Origin: Eledone cirrhosa
Taxonomy: Eukaryota
Reading direction: 5' to 3'
DNA length: 64,000 nucleotides
Assembly: GCA_964016885.1 (NCBI GenBank)
Contig: OZ024743.1
Coordinates: 157,666,001-157,730,000, forward strand
Program-made: the position numbers and the translations under genes
In this document: piece by piece, positions 1 through 12,910 of the stretch
Layout of the letters: the number at the start of each line of letters is the position of its first letter
Position numbering within the stretch: position 1 is the stretch's first letter
The notes under the pieces: model-generated
What the model saw: only the letters and a program-made list of their open reading frames with translations
Databases searched by the model: none
What the model was told of the DNA's origin: nothing

Positions 1-2
1 TA

Positions 3-479
3 AAGGTGGTAGAAAAGCCAGGAACCACCATAAAATCCCTGATCAGCAAAACCTACCCTTTTAAGAAAACCCACTGTACCAATAGGAAATGTATCATATG
101 TAAGGTGAACCCCCGGATAAACTGTAAAACTAGAAACGTAGTCTATAGCATAAGATGTACAGAGGGTACTTGCAGAAACACGACAACAACATACATAGGT
201 GAGACAGCTCGTAGCATAGGTGAAAGGATAGACCAACACTGGGGGGAACTAAAAGGACGAAAAAACGGGTCAGTACTATACGAACATGCTAGACAACAAC
301 ATGACGGTAACATAGACAACATAGAAATTAGAATAATATCTAAACATAGGAATGACCCAGCAGATAGGCAAATCAGAGAGGCCAGTGAAATAGAAATTAG
401 AAGACCAAAGCTAAACAGAAAGAATGAGTGGAACAACAACAACACCCAAACAAACAACACTGACCTAAGAGAAGTATAA
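3..479 (+). CDS. C-terminal GIY-YIG endonuclease of a Penelope-like retroelement (runs off the left edge)
   Basis: Uninterrupted frame with C-x4-C-x2-C, NVVYSIRC...TYIGETARSIGERIDQH, EH...H, REASEI...PKLN: the PLE GIY-YIG layout. Confidence 0.9.
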   Translation, partial: KVVEKPGTTIKSLISKTYPFKKTHCTNRKCIICKVNPRINCKTRNVVYSIRCTEGTCRNTTTTYIGETARSIGERIDQHWGELKGRKNGSVLYEHARQQHDGNIDNIEIRIISKHRNDPADRQIREASEIEIRRPKLNRKNEWNNNNTQTNNTDLREV

Positions 480-996
480 ATGAATGAGTAAATTAAATTA
501 AATAAATAAAATAGGATAGGTGAGTGCATACACAGGCACATAAACACACACTGGTCGCCCAGCAGACACAACACTATACACACAAGTCACACATCACACA
601 TAACACTATACACACACGCAAACGCATGCGCAAAGAAGACAAAATAAAATAAGATAAACAAACAAGCAAATAAATAAATAAATATATAGACAGACTGAAC
701 AAAAAAAAAATGGCGTAGACATACAACACAACAGGAGGAACAATGAATATAACACCACTGACGATGTTGCAGATGTGCAACGAAAGATTTATGTAAATTA
801 TGTAAACTATATATATATGTGTTTGTCTATATTGTATCTGTATTATTTTTGACCGCCGGTCAGTCAATGGCAACATTGAGGACCGAGTAAGTTAGATCGC
901 AGATATATATATATAAAAGACAGCGAGAAGCGAAAACCAACCAGTGAGTGTGTTCTGTTGTTAATTCTGGCAATATTACGCAAATATGACCCTCCC

Positions 997-998
<2 letters not shown>
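480..998 (+). mobile_element. 3' UTR / pseudo-LTR of the Penelope element, ending in (TA)n
   Basis: Contains an HHR motif and the terminal ...tgaccctcccc motif shared with 11899-12020 and 39070-39136. Confidence 0.7.
752..793 (+). ncRNA. Type I hammerhead motif (stem I degenerate)
   Basis: CTGACGA-t-GTTGCA gatg TGCAAC-GAAA-gatt-TA. Confidence 0.6.
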
Positions 999-1050
<52 letters not shown>

Positions 1051-1175
1051 CACACACTTATATACATACATATACACATACACATACATATATATATATA
1101 TATACATACATATACATATATATACATATATATATATAGTTATATATACATATATATATACACATATATACACAT

Positions 1176-1206
<31 letters not shown>

Positions 1207-1259
1207 CATGTATATACACATACATACATACATATACATACATACACACACATATACAC

Positions 1260-1310
<51 letters not shown>

Positions 1311-1524
1311 CATATATATACATATATGTGTGTGTGTGTGTATATGTGTGTGTATGTATGTATGTATGTATGTGTATATACATGTATATATATATGTGTA
1401 TGTGTGTGTATGTGTATCTATGTGTATATATATGTATATATATATGTATATATATGTATATATGTATATATATATGTATGTGTATGTGTATATGTATGTA
1501 TATATATGTGTGTATATGTATATA

Positions 1525-1556
<32 letters not shown>

Positions 1557-1557
1557 G
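999..1557. repeat. (TA)n/(CA)n/(TG)n compound microsatellite
   Basis: Read directly; source of the YI/HT/CV ORFs. Confidence 0.95.
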
Positions 1558-1606
1558 ATGAAAGGATTACAAAGGAGAATATATACTGTTAGAACATGTT
1601 TATATA

Positions 1607-1651
1607 AAGCACCTACGTACGTTTCGCCCGAAAAGGGCTTCTCAAGGGCTT
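1607..1651 (-). ncRNA. Hammerhead variant (U3-A8) in a pLTR-like fragment at ~1558-1905
   Basis: Minus strand: aagccc TTGAGAA GCCC ttttc GGGC GAAA CGTACG TA ggtgctt; palindromic stem III. Confidence 0.7.
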
Positions 1652-1900
1652 AGAAAACTAAAGATTGTTCAGTACAGGACCCAGAAGGGGTTTTAAAGTG
1701 ATAAATATATAAAAGTTTATTCTTAGTTCAAACATACACGTTGTTATTGTCACAGAACAAGGGGAGTAACTCTGGCCGGTGTTTGAATATTTGTCCCCAA
1801 AGGGCTTATTACCCGTTCACATGATGATGGTTTTCCATTACTAATTTGTGGGTGCTAATTTACCATTGTCAATTCAGGCAGGGTCTGATATGCATAGTTG

Positions 1901-1955
<55 letters not shown>

Positions 1956-2223
1956 AACATACACATACAAACACATACGCAAATACATATAAATGCACGT
2001 ACACACAAACATTGAGGTGCCAAACATAGGAGGCGAGTGTTGTCTGATTTGATTTGTTTGGTCTTCTGTACTTGTTTATAGAATTCTTTCTGCCTTTGTC
2101 ACTCTAAGTAAAGCTTTAAAGAATTAGCTTTTAATGAATTCCCTTTTCTTTCAACCATCCCACTCCCCACCCTCTCCTACCACCAGAAAAGATATAAATA
2201 GCACCATATTTACTTGGATAGTC

Positions 2224-2274
2224 AGCTCCCTGATGATTTCTCATGAATGAAACGGTTCTAGTCCTGTAGAAGCT
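2224..2274 (+). ncRNA. Type I hammerhead motif
   Basis: agctcc CTGATGA tttctcatgaat GAAA c...g TA gaagct; second family copy at 4169-4219 on the minus strand. Confidence 0.65.
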
Positions 2275-2283
2275 CTTCTATAT

Positions 2284-2900
2284 TTTAATATTTTTAATAG
2301 GAACCTCCTCCGAGAGACCCTTCGAAGAATTAAAATTTTAGAGAGCCTTTAAGGATATATATAAAAACGAATTGAGGAAACATTAAAAGTTAAAAATTAC
2401 GGTATTTGGGATATCCGAGGAATTTTCAAAGGGCTGCTTTTGCCTGACTGTTAATAGTGTTTTGATTACTTGTTAATTAGGCAGGAATATATATTATTAT
2501 GTCTTTGTTAATCCTGTATCAATAATTTTATAATAATTTTTTGTGATTGTTCGATTCTTAAAAATACATTTTATAATTATTGTCTTTTTGCTTATGTATT
2601 TTCTTATTTACCACTCTCTTTAATCTTGCCCAACTTGGTAAACTCTTTGAATTGCTCCCTAATTAAATTAATTAAATTACTTAAATTACTTAAATTACTT
2701 AAATTATTGTATCTATTATGCCTAAGTTGTATCTGCTGAAGTAGCCCTTTGAAAATTCCTCGGATATCCCAAATACCGTAATTTTTAACTTTTAATGTAT
2801 AGTTTTCCTCAATTCGTTTTTATATATATCCTTAAAGGCTCTCTAAAATTTTAATTCTTCGAAGGGTCTCTCGGAGGAGGTTCCTATTAAAAATATTAAA
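2284..2900. repeat. Inverted repeat, ~155-bp arms (2284-2439 / 2739-2900)
   Basis: Arms are near-exact reverse complements with one 5-nt indel; spacer contains tandem ttaaattac units. Confidence 0.9.
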
Positions 2901-3433
2901 GGGGCCTTTTCTGAGAGAACTATAGAAGGCTCTTTGAATTAACCTTTAATTGATTAGTTTCTTTCAACTTAGTAGGGAATATCAAAACTTCGTAAGTTTT
3001 CTGAAAATTGTAAACGGGAAGAAAGTTTTTTTCTTTCGGAAAAAAACTTTTTTCTCTCGAAGGAATTTTCATAGGAAACTTTATATATTTTTTTAGGGAA
3101 ACTTTATATTTTTATTTTTTTATTTTATTAGCCTCTTAATTTCTTCTAGTTTAGTAGGTTTATTGGAGCCTGTAAGCTTTATGCACTTATTGAGGGATTT
3201 TTTAAGGTGCTTCTACGGGACCCCAAGTCTTTTAGTTTACTGTTAATACGTAAATTATATATTATCTAATTTTTAACCTTCAATCCCTGACCCCGACAAC
3301 TAATATAAAAGAGCCCCCTTAGAATATAGACCCCAACTATACAAGCCGAGCTGCTGATGTATACCACAATTTCAAACTGCTAGCCTTGAGTGATACGTTG
3401 ATGTAGAAAATGATCTTACAGTCACATGTTGTA

Positions 3434-3480
3434 TGCCTTGAAAAGTCCTACCATGTGGTCGGACGAAACGGCTGTCGGCA
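3434..3480 (+). ncRNA. Hammerhead variant (U3-A8) followed by AATAAA
   Basis: tgcc TTGAAAA GTCCtACCAtgTGGTcGGAC GAAA cggctg TC ggca-ataaa. Confidence 0.75.
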
Positions 3481-3633
3481 ATAAACTTGTTGTAATGTCA
3501 TAATAGTTCCCTTGTTCTGTTTCACTTATATTTCTGCTCTGCGTATACGCATAGAGCTTAACTAGCTACCGTCACATATTTGGTAGGTCAGACGTGATCA
3601 TTGCGATTCACATACGACCTACCATACATCTTA

Positions 3634-3698
<65 letters not shown>

Positions 3699-3813
3699 GA
3701 AAGTATAGAAATTATTGTGAGCATGAAGCCAACAGTATTTCATAATATATAAGTGACTATAAAGTCAAAATGGAAAAATAATTAACGTAAGATGTGGGAA
3801 AATAATTCAAACT

Positions 3814-3863
<50 letters not shown>

Positions 3864-3991
3864 GTGAGGTTTTCTTTCCAAAATGAAAAATAACCGAGGT
3901 GTCCTACACGAGTGAAAGTATAAAGAAAAAAAGATGAAATCGAAAATGCAACTGGAGTCTTTTTTTTTAAATATATATATTTATTTGGTTC

Positions 3992-4027
3992 CTTTACCGG
4001 TTTCGCAGTTCTTCTGCTTTTCAAAAG
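3992..4027 (-). ncRNA. Minimal hammerhead variant (U3-A8)
   Basis: Minus strand: ctt TTGAAAA GCAG aagaa CTGC GAAA CCGG TA aag, then aataaa. Confidence 0.7.
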
Positions 4028-4031
4028 TAGA

Positions 4032-4330
4032 GTTGAGATGGAGGGTCTGTGGTTTTTCTCACATATATATATATGAAAAACCACAAACCCTCCATCTCAA
4101 CCAGTGACCTCCACCCATCCCACTCCCCACCCTTTCCTACCACTATATATAGAGTTTTACTATAGAAGAGCTTCTACAGGACTAGAAGTGTTTCATTCAT
4201 GAGAAATGATCAGGAAGCTGACTGTCCAAGTAAATATGGTGGTATTTATATCTTTTCTGGTGGTAGGAGATGGTGGTGAGTGGGATAGGTGTAGGTCCTT
4301 GGTTGAGATGGAGTGTCTGTGGTTTTTCAT
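4032..4330. repeat. Nested inverted repeats of a pLTR family
   Basis: 4032-4101 is a palindrome centred on (TA)n; 4072-4143 is inverted at 4260-4330; 4161-4290 is the reverse complement of 2155-2281. Confidence 0.8.
4169..4219 (-). ncRNA. Hammerhead copy with G8C core mutation (probably inactive)
   Basis: agcttc CTGATCA ... GAAA ca...tg TA gaagct; perfect 6-bp stem I. Confidence 0.6.
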
Positions 4331-5315
4331 ATATATATAAATATATATGAAAACAAGAGCACTCAGCACGATGTAAATTTTTGGATTTGGTAAAATTATT
4401 GTAATGTAGTAGAAAGCTATCTGCAAATCATGTATGACAAGTTTCGAATTCTGAGCTTCTCTAAAGATTTTGTTGTTTTTTCATATTTAGGTTTTGATGA
4501 GGTTGTTGCTATTGTTGGTGTCGACGCTGTTACTGTTGTTATTGATGTTGCCTTTGTTTACCAAAAAATCAGTTTTAATGGAGTTGAGTTATGATCAAAA
4601 GTGTGCAGGCGGTGAACAGCCTATCTTCTAACCATTCATGTATAGATTATCCCGAATACGCATTTCCCTTTTTCTTTTTATGGGAGTAGGGTTTTATATA
4701 AAAGAGCGATGGTTGCTACTTCTAGCAGGTCTGTTTCATTTCCATGTACGCTGCTGTTACCAATTCTATTGCTTTTGCTATTTAGATTGCTGGCAAGTTA
4801 TTACTTCTTACTTTATCGATCGAGTTTGTTTCATCCGATAAGACGTAACTTATTTTCTTAGGGAAAATGATACATATTCTCAGTTGAGAGGTCACAATAA
4901 TGTTTCCAGCTTATAGACAATCTTCAGTTAGTAGACAAGCTTAAAATGAATTATGCTTCAAGTTCAGTTCCAATGCATACCAAAAGCTAATTGTATGGTG
5001 CGGTGTTTTATGTTCTTGAATCTAAAGACAAATGATTTCGGAATACTAATATATAATAAAATGTATAAATTAGTACTTTCCTATAATTCTACTTTTGCTA
5101 ATTTAATAATAAACGTATTAAATACTATAATTCAATATTAAAGAGTTAAATGAACACAAGAAATCTGTTGAAACTCTCTCAAATAACATTTTGCCATCTT
5201 AAAACATGGCGCAGTTTATTACAGTTATAGATACACAGAAAGATTGGTTAGTCATAACTTTACTATGGCTGACCTTGGACTAAATAGTACAATACAGTCA
5301 ACTTTCACTCAATAG

Positions 5316-5493
5316 CAGGCTTATCTAAATGAGGGTCCCCCGAGGGCCACATGGGTCACAAATGTGTTACCTGAGGGCCACACACGACAACTAATTTCGC
5401 ACATTACAACTACTGTTTTTATTTTATATTACGAAGATAAAACATGCTCGCGCTGTAAAAATCTTTGTGCCGGCCGGATATTTGACATGCCCG
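5316..5493. mobile_element. hAT-type MITE
   Basis: Degenerate TIRs caggcttatctaa / tttgacatgcccg, internal gagggccaca repeats, 8-bp flanks ctcaatag / ttctatag (6/8 match). Confidence 0.55.
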
Positions 5494-6914
5494 TTCTATA
5501 GCACTTTCCGTGTGGAAATGCAAAATTCTCCCCCGCTCCCTCTCTCTCCTTGTTTTCATAGTTATTTCTGTTAAACATGAACTGTACTAACATCACCATA
5601 TTATCTCTAAATATTCCCCTATATAGAAGTAAAAGAACTCAGTACACGCGATGAAAATCCACGTGTAGAGAAATACTCTATCATCAGGTTCCCACTCTTT
5701 TATTTATGCGTATCTATCTAACTGCCCCCCCCCCCCTCTCTCTCTCACTTACTTTTTTTCTCTCAGACTCTCTCGAACTGTATCTACAATAAATATATAT
5801 GCGCATGTGTACGCGGGTGCTTATATATAGTATATAATTATAAAGACATACAGGCAGGCAACCAGCAAGATAGAGAGAGAGGGAAGAGAGGGGGAGGGAG
5901 AGAGAATGAGAGATAGATAAATAGATAGATAGATAGAATGTGCAAATGTTTGACTTTGTGAGTTACGCGTGTAGGTGTAAATTGTCTGAGTGAATATATT
6001 ACTATAAATAAAATTGTGAACGAGACGTTTCAAAAATACTGAAGCGGATGGAGAACACATTTAAAGCGACGATAACAACGTCAAGGACAACCACATCAAA
6101 CAATAAACAATGACGATAAAAACATCAACAGCAATGTTAACTATAGCAATAATAACCATGACGACGACGAGAAAGCACCATATATTTCCTATTAGAAAGT
6201 TTAGTTTCAGTAAAACATTGAAATTTGATCACAGGAAAACATTTTAACAATGGCCAGTTAATAAGTAATTTAGTGCTTTAATATGGATAGAAAAAACATA
6301 TGGTTAAGATTCAATTCCGAGTAAAGAAAAACAAGTTCCACCCCGAAAATATGGAAATATATGTGCGTGCACGCGAGTGTGTTTGTGTATGTCAGTGTGT
6401 TGTTACGCAAAATAGCAATTGAAAAGCAAATATATATATATATATATACATACAAACATACATACATACATACATACATACGTACATACATACATACACA
6501 CATACGTACGTACGTAAGTACATACGTACATATATATGCATATATATGTATATATGTGCCTGTATGTTTGTGTATGAGTATATTATTTATTCATTAAGTC
6601 GAAAAATTACAATAATATGAAATATACTGCAATTTTTATAACAGATGTAGACCACCCTAATAGTTACAATCTAAAGTGAGAAAAAAAAACATGCGATAGA
6701 ATGGCATGAGAGGTGAACAAATATATGTCTAGTTTATAATAATCTATTATGTAAATGATTTCAGCTAATATGAAGTTTCCACTGTTTTAAAAGTTCATTG
6801 CTTGAAGAAGGATATTAACTTCGGACGGTCAATTTTAATCAACATCATTCGATAACAATAATGACTTGTCGTATGAATTTCGAATGAATTTCATACTTTA
6901 GTCCTGTGTCATAT

Positions 6915-6958
<44 letters not shown>

Positions 6959-7002
6959 ATTGAGTAAAATATTTTAAATTTGGCTTCGTTTATTAAATAT
7001 GT

Positions 7003-7057
7003 ACTGCTATATATATTTCGGTGACAACCATCATTGGCTGTGACCTCTTCAGGCAGT
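7003..7057 (-). ncRNA. Type I hammerhead
   Basis: Inverted copy of 7905-7959. Confidence 0.75.
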
Positions 7058-7904
7058 CCGAATTGGTGTGGTAGAGACAGGTACACATGTTGTTGAAGTG
7101 TTTTACTCCGTCAATACTCCGATATGTCCAGCTCCTTGTTGGGTTGTTATTTCTCCGACGAACTGGAATCATATGAATCCGGAATTTGACACTCAGGTTC
7201 TGGTGTTTTACACTCCACTCTTGTGTCATATACTCTTAAAACGCACCAGCCCATGATAGTGTAAGGATTGTAACCTTTGCACTTCTCGATTCTGACACAC
7301 AGCCTTTCTACTTCAGTCAATATTTTCCAAATCTTTCAAACTTTGATATTGGTTGTAACACACACACGCATTTAATTTAATTTTATTTTTTAATTTTTTT
7401 AATTTCTTCATCTTATTGTATCTTATTTTCCTTATTTTTTTATTTCTTCATTTTACTTTATCTTATTTTTTATCTGTTTGGCACGGAACCCCCCCCCCCC
7501 CCCGCACACACTACGTGAAATGATGACAGGATAGATGCCAACTCACACACACAAATTCTTCTAAACATATCAGCAGCCGAACTAAAGCTGACCTGCCTGC
7601 TGACCCCCTAACACCAATACCACTACCAACACAAGGGAAGAGGTCAGCTGTACTTAACAAAAACAACCACAACAGATTGTCTTGCATCAGAAGACATTTC
7701 TACAGACTTTTGACTGGCGAATGTTCTCACAACTGACCAATGGGAGGAGAGAGTGTCCTATGATGCCGAAATTCGTTTGTTCGAATTCATATGATTCCAG
7801 TTCGTCAGAGAAATAACAACCCAACAAGGAGCTGGACATATCGGAGTATTAACGGAGTAAAACACTTCAACAACATGTGTACCTGTCTCTACCACACCAA
7901 TCGG

Positions 7905-7959
7905 ACTGCCTGAAGAGGTCACAGCCAATGATGGCTGTCACCGAAATATATATAGCAGT
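7905..7959 (+). ncRNA. Type I hammerhead
   Basis: actgc CTGAAGA GGTCACAGCC aatgat GGCTGTCACC GAAA TATATA TA gcagt. Confidence 0.8.
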
Positions 7960-8312
7960 ACATATTTAATAAACGAAGCCAAATTTAAAATATTTGACTT
8001 AATTATTTTACATTACTCCGGCGTAAGCAAACCAACCTGAGTACCTCGTCGAGTGCTCCAATCTGCATACTGAGGTATCGGTAAGCAACCAACATGTACT
8101 CAAAATTCATATATATATGTGTGTTTGTGTGTGTGGGGGGGTGTATATATATATAAAAATAACTTAAATTTTAAAAAAATATATGTATCCAGCCAGCCAT
8201 ATATCATTACAGAAACACATAGTCCTTTGTACATGTATATAATAATCATTTAATATTTACAAAACATTATATTATTTAAGGTGGAAAAGTTAATACTCCG
8301 TACGGTGCCGTT

Positions 8313-8342
<30 letters not shown>

Positions 8343-8348
<6 letters not shown>

Positions 8349-8793
8349 GATATTAAACAAATGGAAACTATATTTATAAAACCATATTTATTTCATTATA
8401 CATATTTCAGGGATACCATATTAAAAATATGGCATGCCTTCTTCAGATAAAATACAATATATAAGCAGTTTTATAAATAAATTTGACGTACCATAGAATT
8501 TTGAACAACTTCCATTTAAAAAAGTTGGTTTGGTAGTAAATGGAAGTTGTTCAAAATTCTATGGTACGTCAAATTTATTTATAAAACTGCTTATATATTG
8601 TATTTTATCTGAAGAAGGCATGCCATATTTTTAATATGGTATCCCTGAAATATGTATAATGAAATAAATATGGTTTTATAAATATAGTTTCCATTTGTTT
8701 AACATCGTATATCTACTCCAAAACTTGTTGAGTGCTTTATATCAGTTATAAAATATTTGCTCGTTGTAACCCAACAATTTTAAATAAAACTTT

Positions 8794-8796
<3 letters not shown>
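8343..8796 (+). mobile_element. Near-perfect palindrome (176-bp arms 8343-8518 / 8537-8712, 18-nt spacer) plus extension, in (TA)n
   Basis: Direct reverse-complement match. Each arm has CTGAAGA-long stem II-GAAA-tatg-TA (8603-8662 on +, 8393-8452 on -); stem I is weak. Confidence 0.8.
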
Positions 8797-8837
<41 letters not shown>

Positions 8838-8862
8838 TGTAATAAACAACATAAGGCAATTA

Positions 8863-8924
8863 TTTCATTTACCAGTGGTTTTTTTGAAAGCAAACAAATT
8901 TTGCTTTCAATCATCAGAATGAAA
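8863..8924 (-). ncRNA. Hammerhead copy with GAAA core changed to an A-run (inactive)
   Basis: Same as 15189-15249 except ctttcaa-AAAAA-cc replaces ctttcaa-GAAA-cc. Confidence 0.65.
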
Positions 8925-9028
8925 AAATCCTGGTGTATTTATTGACATTGGATTTTAAAAACAAAAATATAATCTATATGAAAGTGAGGCTGGAAAAGGA
9001 AGAAGGAAAGGAAAAATAAACACACATG

Positions 9029-9062
<34 letters not shown>

Positions 9063-9211
9063 CATACACATATATATATACATATACACACACATATATA
9101 TATATATACATACATACACATATACATACACGTACAAATGCACATACATATACATACATACACACATATATATCAACATATCAATACATACACATACACA
9201 CAAATACACAC

Positions 9212-9288
<77 letters not shown>

Positions 9289-9805
9289 TATATACATACA
9301 CATAATCATACATATATACACATGTACATACACACACATACATACACACATATATACACGCATACATACGCATACACAAATATAGATATATGTACACACA
9401 CCTACATATGCACACACACAATTAATTATAAGAAAAAATATAATAATAAAAATACCGTCACATAAGAATAAAAAATAAATGTAACAATTATTATACAGGC
9501 AACAAATAAATGAACAAACACACGTGGTAAGCAATACACACAATTGCACATACACATACATACATATAAATAAATACATACACACACACACACATACATA
9601 TACACATACATACACATACACATATACATACACACACACACACACATATATATATATTTATATATATATACACACATATAAATACATACATACACACACA
9701 CATACATATAAATACATACACACACATGTATGTGTGTAAAACTCATTCTTAAATGTATTCATTGAACCTTGTTTAACTCTTAAATATATATATATATATA
9801 TATAC

Positions 9806-9838
<33 letters not shown>

Positions 9839-10041
9839 TAATATAAGATCAAAAGATGGTTAAAGGAGTTCAATGTATTTTATTATGCGAATTTCAAAAA
9901 CAAACATCATCATGCAATAATATTTGTGTTTTCATCAGATAAAACAGGAGAACATGATATGAAGGCTAAAAAACACTTGTGGATAGTGCAGTTTTAAATC
10001 AACATATGAAAAGTGGTTTTAGATTGATGTGTGATATTGGA

Positions 10042-10452
10042 AAAAATATTTTATTTAGAGAGGGGGGGAAGTGGGAGGAGATGAGAGGGAGAGATGGGTG
10101 ATAGAGAGAAAGAGATAGTTTTTATAACTGAGAGAAGATATATTGTTTTACATAGAGAGGTTGAAAACCGTTGGAAGATAATGTATAAATTAAAAGAATT
10201 TGAAATTTAACGAAGGGAAAGATATGTACGAGGAAAAAATATTTTATTTAGGGAGGGGGGGAGGATGAAAGAAAGGGGGAGGAGATGAGAGTGAAGGTGG
10301 AGAGGGAGAGATGGGTGATAGAGAGAAAGAGATAGTTTTTATAACTGAGAAAAGATATATTGTTTTACATAGGGAGGTTGAGAACCGTTGGAAGATAATG
10401 TATAAATTAAAAGAATTTGAAAATTAACGAAGGGAAAAATATTTACGAGGAA
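10042..10452. repeat. Tandem duplication of a ~190-215-bp purine-rich unit
   Basis: aaaaaatattttatttag...gatatgtacgagg occurs twice. Confidence 0.85.
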
Positions 10453-11235
10453 AGAGAGGGAGTTTATGCATGAAGATAGAGAGAAAAAATAATAATTGTG
10501 GATGAATATTCTAACGTCAAAAAGGTGTATGTTGATAAGTATTGTGGCAATTTCAAAATTAACGAAGAGAAAAAATTATTAAGGTTTGTGTGTAGAAGGA
10601 TTTGAGAAAAAATAATGTAAAGTTAAAGTTTGTATATTGAATGAATTGATAATATGTGCGAAGAAAGAGTTAATATGTATTAAGAATGAGTTCGTTGATG
10701 GGGAGAAAAAAATAATAAATTAAGGATGAAATTGAGATTAAAAAGTTTTATGATAGAGAGAAAAAAAAAATAATTGCGGATGAATATTCTAACGTCAAAA
10801 AAACAAATGTATATGTTATGAAGGATTTTACAAGATGAAGATAGAAAGAGGGTAATGAGTAAACAAGTATTATAGAGTGTATAATGCCCTTTGAAGTAAG
10901 GTAGGAAGATGGGTATATTTTAAAGAGGTGTATGTATATGTGCCTTTGAGAAAAGATTCTAAATTGATAAAGAATTGAATATTAACTGTATACTTTGTGA
11001 AAAGTCCTATGGAATGTATGCAGGCAGATAGAAAACAAATCTGTACGTCTATTTATTATAGAATCTAGATTAGAGATAATGGTAAATTTTTCATTTAGGC
11101 AGAGATTACAGATTTTAGATAGAGAGCTGTTCAAGTATCTTCTCTATATTATGTATACTCCAGTCCTACAAACTGTAGAGTGGTTCTTATCCGATATCTG
11201 CATTGCTTTATTGTACTACAATAAAACTCACCTCC

Positions 11236-11315
<80 letters not shown>

Positions 11316-11754
11316 AATATATAAGAAAATACATAAATATCATATATATATATAAATAAAAAGGTGAAAGGGGTAAACAAATAGTTGGGAATACGACAAA
11401 TAATAAATAACCTAGATCTTCAGATGTTGTCTTCACCTGAAATCACATCTGATCTGTAACTGGATTGGTATTCCTACGATGACTCAACCACCTTGAACTT
11501 CTTCTCTGCCCTCTACCCCTTACATCCACTACGATTTTTTTACCTTCTGAACTCACTTTCTGTAATCTTATATTCTTTTTCTCCCTTATCTCCATTTATA
11601 TTTAAACCTTTTCCTATGTATTTATTTTCTTTATTCCCCCCTACTTTCTACCTTACCCTTTACATACCGACCTTTTTTATTTTTCGATATTTATTTCTGT
11701 GTGTGTGTGTTGCGTATATGTGTATATATATATGTGTGTATATATATGTCTATA

Positions 11755-11843
<89 letters not shown>

Positions 11844-11851
<8 letters not shown>

Positions 11852-12065
11852 ATACTTCGGGAGGGTCATATTTGTGTAATATTGCCAGAATTAATAACGA
11901 GTAAGTTAGATTACAGATATAAAAGACAGCGAGAAGCGAAACCAACCAAACAGTGAGTGTGTTCTGTTATTAATTCTGGCAATATTACACAAATATGACC
12001 CTCCCCAAGTATAACAATATTTGTTTCGACACACGATTTCATATAAAAAAACCTCGCTAAACCAA
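11844..12065 (+). mobile_element. Truncated pLTR end with 55-bp inverted arms (11844-11898 / 11966-12020)
   Basis: Core matches 885-998; flanked by (TA)n. Confidence 0.75.
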
Positions 12066-12175
12066 TATATATATATATATAGCTCTGATTTATCTGAATT
12101 ATTGAGCCCTCTGCCACTCATGTCGGATTTGTTTATCGTAAATTCGTGAGCTGATTTTCCGATACTCGATTATTC

Positions 12176-12251
<76 letters not shown>

Positions 12252-12487
12252 TATATGTCTTTGCGCGTAATTGTTTTTCACCGCTCCTATTAATGACGTA
12301 TTATACGTGTTTTCCCGTTCTTTGCCAGCGAACGTTTCCACGAACCAAAGTACCGTCTTCCTGTCTTCCTCCGGTTGCAACGTTTTTTGAAATATCCAGT
12401 TCTGCGTTTGCAGATTGACTTTGTTAGTTTCAGAAGATCCCGTTAAGGGTGAAAGCAGCGATTGTTTGCTTAAACTTTAATCTGTTA

Positions 12488-12800
<313 letters not shown>

Positions 12801-12855
12801 ATATATATATATATGTAACCCATTAGCAACCCCGCAGCACGTTTATTCTCATATT

Positions 12856-12910
<55 letters not shown>

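Larger units (their letters stand above)
6952..8108 (+). mobile_element. Non-coding PLE-type element with ~211-bp inverted arms (6967-7178 / 7785-7995) between (TA)n tracts
   Basis: Arms are near-identical reverse complements, each with an HHR; the right arm has a ~110-nt extension. Confidence 0.75.

Noticed and set aside
958-1592. Long YI/HT/CV-rich ORFs here and at 8.9-9.9, 11-15, 31.8, 35.1-35.8, 48-50 and 58.9 kb
   Set aside because: Translations of dinucleotide microsatellites, which lack stop codons; no protein signal.
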